DNA of 44,196 nt from Limisphaerales bacterium (GCA_044225505.1 JBGAIN010000057.1:1-44196), one strand, 5' to 3'; numbered from the stretch's first letter, positions 30,342 to 40,902 are shown. Numbers and translations: made by a program. The notes: generated by a model not told the origin, from the sequence alone.

Positions 30342-31256
30342 ATGTCGAAGTCAGGCTTTGCGGGATCACGGGTCCCACATCGAGATGGACCACGGAAACG
30401 TGGATCTTCTCCGGGGGTTAAGTTCGTGTTTCCAGGCTTCACTCTGGTGGAACTGTTGGTGGTAATTGCAATTATTGGACTTCTGGCGGCCTTGCTCCTC
30501 CCGGGTTTGATCAACGCGAAGGATAAGGCTCGTTCTGCAGTGTGCTTGAGCAATCTGCGGCAAATCATCCTTCGAGATCGAATGCGGAGGGATGATCAAG
30601 GACAGCAAATGGACCAGAACGAAGTCTACGAGGGATGGGTGGATGAAGTGGGAAAGCGAGAACTCGGCTGGATCTGTCCTAGTGCACCGGCCCGGAGTTC
30701 GGCTCCCTACGCCTTCGGAACTGTTCGAGACGCTTGGATGTTTGAAATGGAGTATCGCCAGTTGGGAAACTGGTTCAGCTGCATGAGCAATCGCGCTGGA
30801 AGTTACTCGGTTAATTGGCACTGCTTGGAAGCTTCCCTATGGGCGCACAGTCCGTTCAAAGGAAGGGCGGGGGCAGCGACCGACAGCTTCACATCGGAGA
30901 GTCAGATCGAGAGACCCGCATCGACTCCGGTAGTGGCCGACGGAGTTTATTGGGGAACCACCCCCCATGCGACGGATTATGCACCGAGGGACTTGGTCTG
31001 TGCTCGGGGAGCGGCCGCCAGCAGCACCTGCGGCCACTTTGAAATTCCGACAACCATGGCTGGGGTGACTATACCCCGCCACGGGAGGAGGCAAACCGCC
31101 TTACCGGTGCCGTGGCCTGAGAACGTGCAGTTGCCCGGGACGGTGAATATTTCTTTTTTCGATGGCCACGCGGAGGCGGTCCGGCTCGAGAACCTGTGGG
31201 GCCTTTATTGGCATGTAGGCTACGTCCCGCCTGCCCACCGTCCCTTGGCTCCTTGA
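30342..31256 (+). CDS. Prepilin-type N-terminal cleavage/methylation protein with an H-X9-DG-type C-terminus (DUF1559-like)
   Basis: [43 protein letters not shown]...[11 protein letters not shown]. Confidence 0.92.
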   Translation: MSKSGFAGSRVPHRDGPRKRGSSPGVKFVFPGFTLVELLVVIAIIGLLAALLLPGLINAKDKARSAVCLSNLRQIILRDRMRRDDQGQQMDQNEVYEGWVDEVGKRELGWICPSAPARSSAPYAFGTVRDAWMFEMEYRQLGNWFSCMSNRAGSYSVNWHCLEASLWAHSPFKGRAGAATDSFTSESQIERPASTPVVADGVYWGTTPHATDYAPRDLVCARGAAASSTCGHFEIPTTMAGVTIPRHGRRQTALPVPWPENVQLPGTVNISFFDGHAEAVRLENLWGLYWHVGYVPPAHRPLAP

Positions 31257-31321
31257 GCTGCGATAGTTCGCTAATCGACCAAGCCGAGAGCGAAGGGGTG
31301 CCCGCGGTCAGGACTAGCTCA

Positions 31322-32707
31322 CTAGCTCCAGAGCCGATCATGAGACCGTTCCTGGTCCCACTCCGGGGTCGGATCGAAATATCCGGTCCCTTTCAAGAGA
31401 TGTTCCCGAATAACCGGTTCGTTGAGTTCGATACCCAAGCCTGGCCGGTCTGGCACTTTGGCAAAACCTTGATGCACCAGAGGTTTGTCGATCCCCGTCA
31501 CGAGGTCCTCCCACCAGGGGATATCCAACGAATGATGTTCCAGAGCGACGACGTTCTGCGTGGCCGCGGCGCAATGGACATTCGCCATGAAAGAGATTGG
31601 CGATCCGGCAAAGTGCATTGCCATCGGAACGCCTCGCTCTTGCGCATAGTCGCCGATCTTCTTAGTCTCCAAAATCCCACCGGCGGTCGCGAGGTCCGGG
31701 TGGATCATGTCTACAGCGCGCCCGTCGATGAGCTTGATAAAATCCTCTTTGAGGTAGATGTCTTCGCCGGTCAGCGTCGGGACGTCGATAGCCTGAGTGA
31801 TTTCCCGCCACATTTCAGAGTATTTCCACGGAATCAAATCTTCCAGCCAGGCCATTTGATAGCGCTCCAACGCCCGACCGAGGCGAATGCAACTACTGAC
31901 GCTGATATGGCCGAAATGATCTGCGGCCAAAGGGATGTCATATCCAATCACCTCTCGGATGTGCGCTACGTAGTGCACTAAGGCTTCGATTCCTTTGTCC
32001 GTGAGTTGGACCTGAGTGAAGGGATGTTCCGTCTGATTATAAGCGCGCCAGTCAATATTCTTGGGTGCGGTCAATGTGCCGGGAGTGTTCCGGATCAAAG
32101 GCACTCCCAAGTCCATCTTCAAGAAGGTGAAGCCTCGATCCACGCGCTCTTTCATGCGCTTGGCGTAAGTGTCCGCGTCTTCCGACTCTACCGTGTCGCA
32201 ATAAAGACGGACCTCGTCGCGATACTTGCCGCCCAAAAGTTGGTAGACCGGAACTTCGTAAGCTTTCCCGGCAAGATCCCACAGTGCCATCTCGACGCCG
32301 GAGACGCCGCCGCCTTGTCGGCCGTGGTGCCCAAACTGCTTAATCTTCTTAAAGATTCGTTCGACATTGCACGGATTCTCTCCCAGCAAACGGCTCTTCA
32401 AGAAGAGGGCATACTTGGGACTTCCGCCATCCCGGACTTCTCCCAGACCGTAGAGGCCCTGGTTGGTATCGATTTTTAGGATAGGAACACGCATCGGGGC
32501 TCCGGTGATCTCAGCAATGCGAACGTCGGTAATTCTCAACTTGGAAGGACTCGAATTGCGTTGGACCGTCTGCGTGGCGTAAGCAATTTCGTCTTCAATG
32601 CGATGGAAGAGGAAGCCGATCGCTAAACCGCCTTTGACAGCGCGGCGGACAAACGAGCGGCGAGTCAAGCGGCTGTCACCCTGGGACGAGTTGGAGACTG
32701 GCTTCAT
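31322..32707 (-). CDS. Mandelate racemase/muconate-lactonizing (enolase superfamily) enzyme with a Tat-like signal
   Basis: TRRSFV; GVEMALWDLAGKAYEVPVYQLLGG; FLKMD; metal ligands D(H)/E(D)/GE(D); HPD; MH. Confidence 0.9.
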   Translation of the reverse strand: MKPVSNSSQGDSRLTRRSFVRRAVKGGLAIGFLFHRIEDEIAYATQTVQRNSSPSKLRITDVRIAEITGAPMRVPILKIDTNQGLYGLGEVRDGGSPKYALFLKSRLLGENPCNVERIFKKIKQFGHHGRQGGGVSGVEMALWDLAGKAYEVPVYQLLGGKYRDEVRLYCDTVESEDADTYAKRMKERVDRGFTFLKMDLGVPLIRNTPGTLTAPKNIDWRAYNQTEHPFTQVQLTDKGIEALVHYVAHIREVIGYDIPLAADHFGHISVSSCIRLGRALERYQMAWLEDLIPWKYSEMWREITQAIDVPTLTGEDIYLKEDFIKLIDGRAVDMIHPDLATAGGILETKKIGDYAQERGVPMAMHFAGSPISFMANVHCAAATQNVVALEHHSLDIPWWEDLVTGIDKPLVHQGFAKVPDRPGLGIELNEPVIREHLLKGTGYFDPTPEWDQERSHDRLWS

Positions 32708-32960
32708 AGAGAGATACATGTTAATGCGGACTCCAGATCAGCAGACGAGCGCGCAGGCCTAATTTCGAAATTGGCGCTGGGGATGGACACAAACGCAGCC
32801 TAGTTTCCGGAAGCCGCGAGGAAAAGGAATATCTCGACGCGCCGGACGCTGTTCGGCAAGGGGACTTCTTTGAACCTGCCTTGGGGGTCGAATGGGCGTT
32901 CGACATGGCTCTTGATTTGCATCAATGCCACGGGCGGTGACTTCTCGCAATCTTTTCTGG

Positions 32961-35900
32961 ATGAATACGCCCGCTCGTCCTCGCTGGCTCTGCGCACTTC
33001 TCATCGTCCTGTGCTCAAACCTCCTGGCTCCAGCAGCGGTTTGGGGCATACCTTCGGCCGACGTGCGACAGCTCTTTACCAAACCGCCTCGTGGATTTAG
33101 TTCCGCGCCGTTGTGGGTCTGGAACGATCAGCTTACCGAGCAGCAAATCGTGGAGACGCTCGGTGACCTCGCTGGTCAGCAAGTCAAACAGGTGTTTGTC
33201 CATCCGCGTCCCGGCCTGATGACCTCTTACCTGAGCCCGGACTGGTTTCGGCTTTGGAAAATGGCGCTGCGCGAAGCGGAACGGCTGGACATGAACGTGT
33301 GGATCTATGACGAGAACTCCTACCCGTCTGGGTTTGCGGGAGGTTGGGTGCCGGAATTGATGCCGGAATCTCGAGGTCGCGGATTGGAATTAAAGGCGAC
33401 CCAAGAGCCACCGCGGTGGTCGACCAACCTTGTGGCTGTTTATCGCATCACCGGTGAAAAGGTGGAAAATGTTACCTCATCGATTCGGGCGGGCACAGTG
33501 TTGGGCGACGGTGGAAGCTATGTGACCGCTTCGATGCTACGAGCTGGGAACTCGCCCTGGCATGGCGATCGATGCTATGTCGATCTACTCTACCCGGGAG
33601 TGACCGACAAGTTCCTCGATGTCACGCTGAAGGCGTATCAGCGAGAGATCGGTGCCCAGTTTGGTCGGCGAGTGCCAGGAATATTTACGGATGAGCCAAA
33701 CATCATTCCGGCAGGCGGGCTGCCTTGGACCGAAGATTTGCCAGCTCAATTCCAGCGACGTTGCGGCTATGATCTCTTGGATAATCTCGCGAGCTTACAC
33801 CAAGAAATCGGCAACTGGCGCCAAGTTCGACACGACTATTTCTCCGTCCTGAACCAACTTTTCATTGAACGTTGGGCGCAGCCCTACGCGGAACGGTGCA
33901 CCGCGCTCGGGTTAGAAATGACGGGGCATTATTGGGAACACGATTGGCCCCACTGCCGCGGGGTGCCGGACAATATGGCGATGTATGCCTGGCCGCAGCG
34001 GCCAGCGATCGATTGTCTGATGAACCAGTATGCTGAAAACACGCATGCGCAGTTTGGCAACATTCGAATGGTCCGGGAGTTGGGCAGTGTGGCGAATCAA
34101 CTCGGCAAGAGCCGGACATTGTGCGAGGTCTACGGTGCCGGTGGATGGGACCTGCGCTTCGAAGATATGAAGCGCCAAGCCGATTGGTTAGGGGTTCTAG
34201 GTGTCAATACGTTCGATCAGCATCTTTCCTATGTCACAATTCGTGGGGCTCGAAAACGGGATCATCCACAATCCTTCTCCTACCACGAGCCATGGTGGCC
34301 GGACTACAAGTCGGCCGGCGCGTACCTGGAACGTTTGTCCGTGGCTGTGTCGCAGGGCGAGCAGGTGAATCGTATTCTCGTGCTGGAACCGACCACGACG
34401 GCCTGGATGAACCAGGGGAGTGAGGCCCGGCTAAAGGTTCTGGGGGATTCGTTCTTCGATCTGCTCAAGCGTCTGGAAGCGGCTCAAGTCGAATACGATT
34501 TGGGTTGTGAAGATATCATCCAGCGCCACGGTTCCGTCGTTGGGGCCGAGCTTACAATCGGTAACCGCCGTTATGCGACGATCGTCCTGCCCCCAGGGTT
34601 AGAGAATCTCGAGGAAGCCACAGGGCGGTTTCTTGACGCTTTAACCGCTGCTGGCGGCAGAATCATCGCATGCAAACCGACCGCTGCTCCAGGCCAACTG
34701 CGGCGTGGAGGGAAGGTCGTCACGCAGAACGGGCCTGCCGCGGACGCGTCGTGGCCTGTCGTTGACACCGCCGATGTCGCAAACATTCTGCTTCGTGAAA
34801 GCTCGCCCCCCTCCTTCACGCTTCGACGCGGAGCAGAGGATCGTGGCATCCTCTTTCACATGCGGCGTCAGTTGGACGATGGGGAACTTCTCTTCCTCGT
34901 CAACACCAGCATTGACGCGTCGAGCAGCGGTTCCATCCATTCCGCACAGCACGGGATCGAACAATGGGATCTCGAAACGGGCCAAGTGCAAGCCTATCCG
35001 TTCGAACCGGACGGTTCGGGGATCAAGGCGGAGTTTACGTTGCCGCCGTGCGGCAGTCGTTTATTGTTCCTGTCGCGAGCGTCGCGACCGTCGTTCGTGG
35101 TTCGGTCGGAGACCGTTTCTCCATTAGCGGCTTCCGGACCGATGACAGTGGATCGTATTGCCCCAAACGTGCTCGTCCTGGACTACGTTGATATTTCCGC
35201 TGGAGGGGAGACCAGAACCAATATTTACTTTTACGCGGCCTCGCAATTTGCCTTCCGCAAGAATGGACTGGAACGAAACCCTTGGGATAGCGCCGTGCAG
35301 TTCAAAGACGAACTCGTGCGTCGGTCTTTCCCAGCGGGAAGCGGCTTTGAAGCGAGTTACCATTTCACAGTGGAAGGAGCGGTGCCTTCGGATCTCGCGA
35401 TTGTCCTGGAACGTCCGGACCTCTATGAAGTTCGATGCAACGGGCACGTGATCGCCGCGGCGCCCGGGGCCTGGTGGTTGGACAAAGCGTTTGGGCGGAT
35501 TGAACTGGCGCGTGTCGCGCAATCTGGGGTGAACACCGTGAGCCTTCGCGCGTCACCTTTCACGCTGCAACACGAATTGGAGTCTGCCTATCTTCTGGGT
35601 GACTTTGCCGTTCGACCCGCAGCGAGCGGCTTCGTTTTAACGGCTGCACAAGCGATGCGTCCTGGCGCTTGGAATGAACAAGGATGCCCATTTTACGCCG
35701 CAGGAGTGCGGTATCAGCAGACGTTCGAGATCGACACGGCGGGCCAGGATCGATTCGTGGTTGGCCTGGGCAAGTGGTTAGGGAGTGTGGCTCGCGTTCG
35801 AGTCAATGGTCAGCAAGCCGGTACCATCGGATATGCCCCCTGGCAATGCGACGTGTCCGGCCTCCTGCGGAACGGCGCGAACACCGTCGAAGTCGTGGCG

Positions 35901-36077
35901 GTCGGGACATTGAAGAACACACTGGGACCCCATCATGGCAATCCTTCCCTCGGGACGGCGTGGCCAGGGATGTTCCAAAAGGGCCCAACGGCGGGACCGC
36001 CTCCAGGGGCAGACTATGCGACGGTAAAATATGGCTTGTTTGAACCATTCCAACTCCGCCGGATTAAAGTTCAGTAA
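32961..36077 (+). CDS. Secreted GH106-like (alpha-L-rhamnosidase family) glycoside hydrolase
   Basis: PLWVWN, HPRPGL, WIYDENSYPSG.AGG, FTDEP, TGH, CEVYG..GW, GVN...H, C-terminal beta-sandwich. Start 32961 or 32925. Confidence 0.82.
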   Translation: MNTPARPRWLCALLIVLCSNLLAPAAVWGIPSADVRQLFTKPPRGFSSAPLWVWNDQLTEQQIVETLGDLAGQQVKQVFVHPRPGLMTSYLSPDWFRLWKMALREAERLDMNVWIYDENSYPSGFAGGWVPELMPESRGRGLELKATQEPPRWSTNLVAVYRITGEKVENVTSSIRAGTVLGDGGSYVTASMLRAGNSPWHGDRCYVDLLYPGVTDKFLDVTLKAYQREIGAQFGRRVPGIFTDEPNIIPAGGLPWTEDLPAQFQRRCGYDLLDNLASLHQEIGNWRQVRHDYFSVLNQLFIERWAQPYAERCTALGLEMTGHYWEHDWPHCRGVPDNMAMYAWPQRPAIDCLMNQYAENTHAQFGNIRMVRELGSVANQLGKSRTLCEVYGAGGWDLRFEDMKRQADWLGVLGVNTFDQHLSYVTIRGARKRDHPQSFSYHEPWWPDYKSAGAYLERLSVAVSQGEQVNRILVLEPTTTAWMNQGSEARLKVLGDSFFDLLKRLEAAQVEYDLGCEDIIQRHGSVVGAELTIGNRRYATIVLPPGLENLEEATGRFLDALTAAGGRIIACKPTAAPGQLRRGGKVVTQNGPAADASWPVVDTADVANILLRESSPPSFTLRRGAEDRGILFHMRRQLDDGELLFLVNTSIDASSSGSIHSAQHGIEQWDLETGQVQAYPFEPDGSGIKAEFTLPPCGSRLLFLSRASRPSFVVRSETVSPLAASGPMTVDRIAPNVLVLDYVDISAGGETRTNIYFYAASQFAFRKNGLERNPWDSAVQFKDELVRRSFPAGSGFEASYHFTVEGAVPSDLAIVLERPDLYEVRCNGHVIAAAPGAWWLDKAFGRIELARVAQSGVNTVSLRASPFTLQHELESAYLLGDFAVRPAASGFVLTAAQAMRPGAWNEQGCPFYAAGVRYQQTFEIDTAGQDRFVVGLGKWLGSVARVRVNGQQAGTIGYAPWQCDVSGLLRNGANTVEVVAVGTLKNTLGPHHGNPSLGTAWPGMFQKGPTAGPPPGADYATVKYGLFEPFQLRRIKVQ

Positions 36078-36081
36078 CTCG

Positions 36082-38370
36082 ATGGGTCTGTACTGGGTCC
36101 TCGGGCTATGCGTCGGACGGCTCATTGCCGCGGGTGCATTCGCCGCCGGAAGCGACCCACTGGACCGCTACAACGTGGTCTGGAATACGCCGAGCACCAA
36201 TTCGGCCGGTTCCATGCCGTTGGGCAACGGGGATCTCGCGATCAATCTATGGGTCGAGCAAGGAGGGGATTTGCTCTTCTATATCAGCAAGACCGATGCT
36301 TGGGACGAGAATGCTCGACTCGTAAAGCTGGGCAGACTTCGCCTGCAGTTGACGCCAAACCCGTTTCGAAATGGCGCACCATTCCGACAGGAACTACGGT
36401 TAAGGCAGGGCGAAATCATCGTTGCCGGGCCAAACCAGGAATCTGTGCGCTTGACCGTCTGGGTCGACGCGAATCATCCAGTCATCCAAATCCAAGCACA
36501 ATCCGACCGTCCCATCGACGTCCGAGCGAACCTTGAGTTGTGGAGAACGGCAGAGCGCGCTCTCGTGGACGGCGAAGAGGATGGAACGGATACGGCCGCC
36601 CCGAATGTTGCCCCGGTCGTCTTTCCGGATCGTGTTTTGGCCAAACAACAGCGGAATCGAGTCGTTTGGTTTCACCGCAACGATTCCTCCCTTTGGCAGG
36701 CCACCTTGGTCCATCAGGGGCTAGGCCCACTGCAGTCCCAATTCAACGATCCGCTCATCCATCGGACCTTCGGCGGAAGCATGATGGGAGCAGGATTTGT
36801 CAACGACGGCCCCACTGCTTTACGCCTGGAACATCCAGCGCGGCGTATGAGACTGTCTATTTTCACCCTGACCGCGCAGTCCGCATCGGTTACAGCGTGG
36901 AAGAGTGATTTGGATCGCACTTGGGAAGCGAGCGCGGAGTACAGCCCGGAAGACAATCGTGACGCCCATCGCGCTTGGTGGGACCGCTTCTGGAATCGAA
37001 GCTGGATCCGAGTCACCTCAGCTGAAGGAAGGTCTGACAGCTCTCATCCAGGAGCGGAACTGGGCTCGAGGTCCGAAGAGGACATTGTATCCCAAGGTTA
37101 TGTGTTGCAGCGGTTCATCAATGCTTGTGCCGGGCGTGGGGCTTATCCGATTAAATTCAACGGCTCGGTTTTTACGGTGGAGATTCCTGGAAAGTTCGAT
37201 CCGGACTATCGGCGATGGGGCGGCTGTTATTGGTTTCAGAATACCCGCTTGGCTTACTGGCCGATGCTGGGAAGTGGGGACTACGACCTTCTGCAGCCGC
37301 TGTTCAAAATGTATCGCGAAATGCTTCCATTCGCTACGGCAAGAACTCGGGCGTATTTTGGGCACGATGGAGCGTTCTTCCCCGAAACGATGCATTTCTG
37401 GGGAGCTTACCACAACGGCGAGCTTGGCTACGGATGGGAACGGGAGGGCGAACCGATCGGTCGACCGGTCAACAAATACATCCGATTCTACTGGTCAGGC
37501 GGACTGGAGCTGGCGGCGCTGGCGCTGGATTATTGGGCCTGCACCCAGGACGAACGTTTTCTGAATGAAACGGCTTTGCCGTTGACCACCGCGGTGCTCG
37601 CTTTTTACAGCCACCATTACCCTCGAGAGCCGCGCGGCACGTTACTGATCGTTCCTGCGCAATCACTGGAAACCTGGTGGCAAACGGATAATCCGCTTCC
37701 GGAAATTGCCGGGCTGCGTTGGGTGTTAAACCTGGCGATGGCTTTGCCGAAACACGCAGTCTCCAAGCTGGCCAGGGCCGAATGGGAGGGTTTACAGAAG
37801 ATACTGCCCGCCATCCCAACTCGGCAAGTCGACGGTGAGAAGGTCCTGGCGCCGGGCGAGTCATTTAGTAATCGGCAGAATATGGAGAACCCCGAACTTT
37901 ACGCCGTGTTTCCATTCCGACACTTTGGCGTGGGGAGAGAGGGGATTGACGCGGCAACCCGGACTTTTCAAAGGCGTTCATTTAAAGGGAATCGAGGCTG
38001 GCAGCAGGACGAGATTCAGGCGGCCTGCCTCGGCTTAGCCAGCGAAGCGCGCCGCGAGCTTGTCGGGCGGTTTGGCACTAAGGATGGCAACAGTCGATTT
38101 CCCGCCTTCTGGGGGCCCAATTTCGACTGGGTACCCGACCAAGATCACGGGAACTGCGGTCTCATCACATTGCAATCCATGCTATTGCAATGGAGCGGCA
38201 ACAAATTGTTCCTGTTCCCGGCGTGGCCCAAAGCCTGGGATGTCGAATTCAAGCTCCACGCGCCCGGCCAAACGATCGTGGAAGGAACGTTCCGAAGTGG
38301 GCATCTTGACCGACTGGAAGTAACTCCACCCCAGCGAAAAGCAGATATCATCCAGTTCGAACCGCAGTAG
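36082..38370 (+). CDS. Secreted DUF5703 / GH95-like (alpha/alpha)6 glycoside hydrolase
   Basis: SMPLGNGD..INLW, PIKFNGS, WFQNTR..YW, ENPELYAVFPF, WVPDQDHG, LFPAWPK.WDV.FKL.AP. Confidence 0.82.
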   Translation: MGLYWVLGLCVGRLIAAGAFAAGSDPLDRYNVVWNTPSTNSAGSMPLGNGDLAINLWVEQGGDLLFYISKTDAWDENARLVKLGRLRLQLTPNPFRNGAPFRQELRLRQGEIIVAGPNQESVRLTVWVDANHPVIQIQAQSDRPIDVRANLELWRTAERALVDGEEDGTDTAAPNVAPVVFPDRVLAKQQRNRVVWFHRNDSSLWQATLVHQGLGPLQSQFNDPLIHRTFGGSMMGAGFVNDGPTALRLEHPARRMRLSIFTLTAQSASVTAWKSDLDRTWEASAEYSPEDNRDAHRAWWDRFWNRSWIRVTSAEGRSDSSHPGAELGSRSEEDIVSQGYVLQRFINACAGRGAYPIKFNGSVFTVEIPGKFDPDYRRWGGCYWFQNTRLAYWPMLGSGDYDLLQPLFKMYREMLPFATARTRAYFGHDGAFFPETMHFWGAYHNGELGYGWEREGEPIGRPVNKYIRFYWSGGLELAALALDYWACTQDERFLNETALPLTTAVLAFYSHHYPREPRGTLLIVPAQSLETWWQTDNPLPEIAGLRWVLNLAMALPKHAVSKLARAEWEGLQKILPAIPTRQVDGEKVLAPGESFSNRQNMENPELYAVFPFRHFGVGREGIDAATRTFQRRSFKGNRGWQQDEIQAACLGLASEARRELVGRFGTKDGNSRFPAFWGPNFDWVPDQDHGNCGLITLQSMLLQWSGNKLFLFPAWPKAWDVEFKLHAPGQTIVEGTFRSGHLDRLEVTPPQRKADIIQFEPQ

Positions 38371-38380
38371 GCCTCGGACC

Positions 38381-38404
38381 GAGTTTGGGAACGGTCCGTT
38401 CCCA
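38381..38404. repeat. Palindrome B (GAGTTTGGGAACGGTCCGTTCCCA)
   Basis: 23/24 identical to 30087-30110; only the central base differs. Confidence 0.8.
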
Positions 38405-38633
38405 TCGGAGACCGACATTCTGGGTGAGCGTCCGCGCATTGAGTTCGCGACGATACCTCACCGACGTCGACCGCGTTGGCGGCGACAGCCAATCCAGGAG
38501 CAATTTGCTCTCATCGGGCGGGAAGGCAGGGACGGACGTCTTGATGCTAAGATGCCGAACCACAACCATAAGCGTCCGGGTTTCACGGGATTTCGTTTGC
38601 CCGAAGCTGGATCCAACCCTATTTCATCTCTTG

Positions 38634-40241
38634 ATGAACAAACGATTCGGATTTGGCCCGCTGGCACCACCAAAGGCCGCGCGCTGCCACGGGTTTCTAC
38701 TTCTGTGGCTAGCGGTATTGCTTTACGGGACAGATCTGCCCGCGGCTCAATCCAGTTCGGAGCCTTCGGCGTTGGTGGAACTGGATCGCATTGTCACCGC
38801 TCCAAAATACAAGGGGGCACGCTGGGGCTTCTTGGTGGCTGACCTCAAGTCTGGCGATGTGCTTTACGAGCGCGATGCGGACAAGTTGTTTGCCCCGGCG
38901 TCCACAACCAAGCTCTATACAGTTGCAGCCGCACTGGACGTTTTTGGAGCCGACTATCGATTTGAGACTCCGGTCTACGCGCGGGGTGCAATCGATGATC
39001 AGGGTCGACTGGAAGGAGACCTCATCCTGGTCGCTAGTGGTGACTTAACGATGGGCGGACGGACAGATGCGGACGGGCATATCGTATATCTGAACACCGA
39101 CCACACCTACGCCAACGGTAATACAACTTCAGCCTGGACGGTTCCCGATCCACTGGCTGGTCTGAACGCGTTGGCGCAACAAGTCGTGGCTGCTGGAGTG
39201 AAGCGCGTTTCGGGTCAGGTGTTGATCGATGATCGCCTTTTTGAACACTCCGAAAGCAGTGGTACGGGCCCCACCCGGGTGACTCCAATCATGATTAATG
39301 ACAATCTTATCGATGTTCTGATCACCCCAACACTGCCTGGAACTCCGCCGACCGTGCGATGGCGGCCGGAATCTGCGCTCATCACCGTCGAATCGAAGGC
39401 CGAAACGGTCGCTACGAACAAGCCGATCACCGTTTGGGTCCAAGGCGCGAGCGGCGGTCGTGTGATCGTCCGTGGTGGCATACCCGCTGGGCACAGTCCC
39501 GTTCTTCGCGTCACGGAGATGGTCGATCCGGAGCGAGTAGCGCGAGGCCTGTTTATCGAAGCGCTCGCACGGGCGGGTGTCACGGTGGCGGACTCCTCGT
39601 CGAATCGCCCTCCGACTCTCCCGCCTCGGAGCCAATACGCTTCCCTGCAAAAAGTCGCCTTGTTTCAGTCCCCACCATTCCGGGAGGAAATCAAATTGAT
39701 TTTGAAGGTGAGCCACAATCTGCACGCAAGCTCCTTGCCGTTGCTGCTGGCTGCCAAAGCATCGAAACGCACGTTAGCGGACGGTTTGCAGGCGGAGAGA
39801 ACATTCCTCGCGCGGATGGAAGTCGATGTCGACAGCATCTCGTTCGGCGGCGGGGCAGGCGGCACGCGGGTTGATTTCACTACGCCCCGGGCAACGGTGC
39901 AGCTCCTTCGAAGTATGATGAAGCACCCGGATGCAGATGCCTATCGCGCGGCCATGCCGGTCTTGGGGGTAGATGGAACGCTTAGCGCGGCGGTCGACCG
40001 CAAAAGCCCAGCCCGCGGCAACGTTTGGGCCAAGACAGGAACGTTGTTTTACGACAATCTGCTCAACGGGAATGCACTACTGGCAAGCAAAGCCCTGGCT
40101 GGCTACATGCAAACGAGCCACAAACGCGATCTGGCATTTGCGATCTATGTCAACAATGTGCCGCTCGACAGTTCAAGTGATCCTGTTAAAGAAGGCCAAG
40201 TGCTCGGTCGTTTAACTGAACTCCTTTACGAAGCGTTCTAA
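38634..40241 (+). CDS. dacB: D-Ala-D-Ala carboxypeptidase/endopeptidase (PBP4, peptidase S13)
   Basis: PASTTK (SxxK), SHN (SxN), AKTGT, G.GDLT. The signal peptide follows the ATG at 38634. Confidence 0.92.
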   Translation: MNKRFGFGPLAPPKAARCHGFLLLWLAVLLYGTDLPAAQSSSEPSALVELDRIVTAPKYKGARWGFLVADLKSGDVLYERDADKLFAPASTTKLYTVAAALDVFGADYRFETPVYARGAIDDQGRLEGDLILVASGDLTMGGRTDADGHIVYLNTDHTYANGNTTSAWTVPDPLAGLNALAQQVVAAGVKRVSGQVLIDDRLFEHSESSGTGPTRVTPIMINDNLIDVLITPTLPGTPPTVRWRPESALITVESKAETVATNKPITVWVQGASGGRVIVRGGIPAGHSPVLRVTEMVDPERVARGLFIEALARAGVTVADSSSNRPPTLPPRSQYASLQKVALFQSPPFREEIKLILKVSHNLHASSLPLLLAAKASKRTLADGLQAERTFLARMEVDVDSISFGGGAGGTRVDFTTPRATVQLLRSMMKHPDADAYRAAMPVLGVDGTLSAAVDRKSPARGNVWAKTGTLFYDNLLNGNALLASKALAGYMQTSHKRDLAFAIYVNNVPLDSSSDPVKEGQVLGRLTELLYEAF

Positions 40242-40249
40242 ATTTCGAG

Positions 40250-40879
40250 TTACTCCTGTAATCCAACCTTCTTGAGCTTTGGAGCAATAATCCGCTGGCA
40301 GTAGGGATTCCGGTTTTTATTCAGTCGGTAATAATCCTGATGATAGTTCTCGGCTGGATAGAACTCGGTCGCTTTGGCGATCTCAGTAACGATAGGCTTG
40401 GAGAATTCCTTCGAAGCTTCGCCTTTGGACTTCTCCGCAACGGATTTTTGAGCGTCTGAATGGTAAAAAATGGCCGAGCGGTATTGCGTTCCGGCATCGG
40501 CTCCTTGGCGATTCAACGAGGTTGGATCATGAATGTGCCAAAACGTCGCGAGAATCTTTTCCAAACTTGTCACCTTAGGGTCGAAGACCAACTGAGCGAC
40601 CTCAGCGTGGCCAGTCTCTCCCGTGCAGACTTGTTCGTAGGTCGGATTCTTGATTTGCCCCCCCATGTAACCGGATGTAACTGAGAGCACTCCGGGAATT
40701 TGCTGATAGACAGCTTCGGTACACCAAAAACATCCCGCCCCGAGCGTAATCAGCTCCGCGCCGGGTGGGACTTTAGGCATGGGCGCCGGCTTCGTTGCCT
40801 CACCCGGTTTCGATAGATCAGCCATAAGTAGAGTAATTGAGCACGCCGTGGCCAGGACGAATGATTGAATCAGTTTCAT
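40250..40879 (-). CDS. msrA: Peptide-methionine (S)-S-oxide reductase with an export signal
   Basis: GAGCFWCTE, GYMGG, TGHAE, HDPTSLNRQG.D.GTQYRS, AENYHQDY, PYC. Confidence 0.97.
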   Translation of the reverse strand: MKLIQSFVLATACSITLLMADLSKPGEATKPAPMPKVPPGAELITLGAGCFWCTEAVYQQIPGVLSVTSGYMGGQIKNPTYEQVCTGETGHAEVAQLVFDPKVTSLEKILATFWHIHDPTSLNRQGADAGTQYRSAIFYHSDAQKSVAEKSKGEASKEFSKPIVTEIAKATEFYPAENYHQDYYRLNKNRNPYCQRIIAPKLKKVGLQE

Positions 40880-40902
40880 ATCCGCATTTCCGCAGTCGCC
40901 TC

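Noticed and set aside
35244..35252. GCAATTTGC core inside the GH106-like gene
   Set aside because: Only the 9-bp core without extended arms, in coding sequence; consistent with chance.
38385..38633. 83-aa N-terminal extension of DacB (also the extensions of xylA, acyP and DUF481 in the ORF track)
   Set aside because: No family similarity; downstream ATGs give normal N-termini. The dacB region holds intergenic palindromes.
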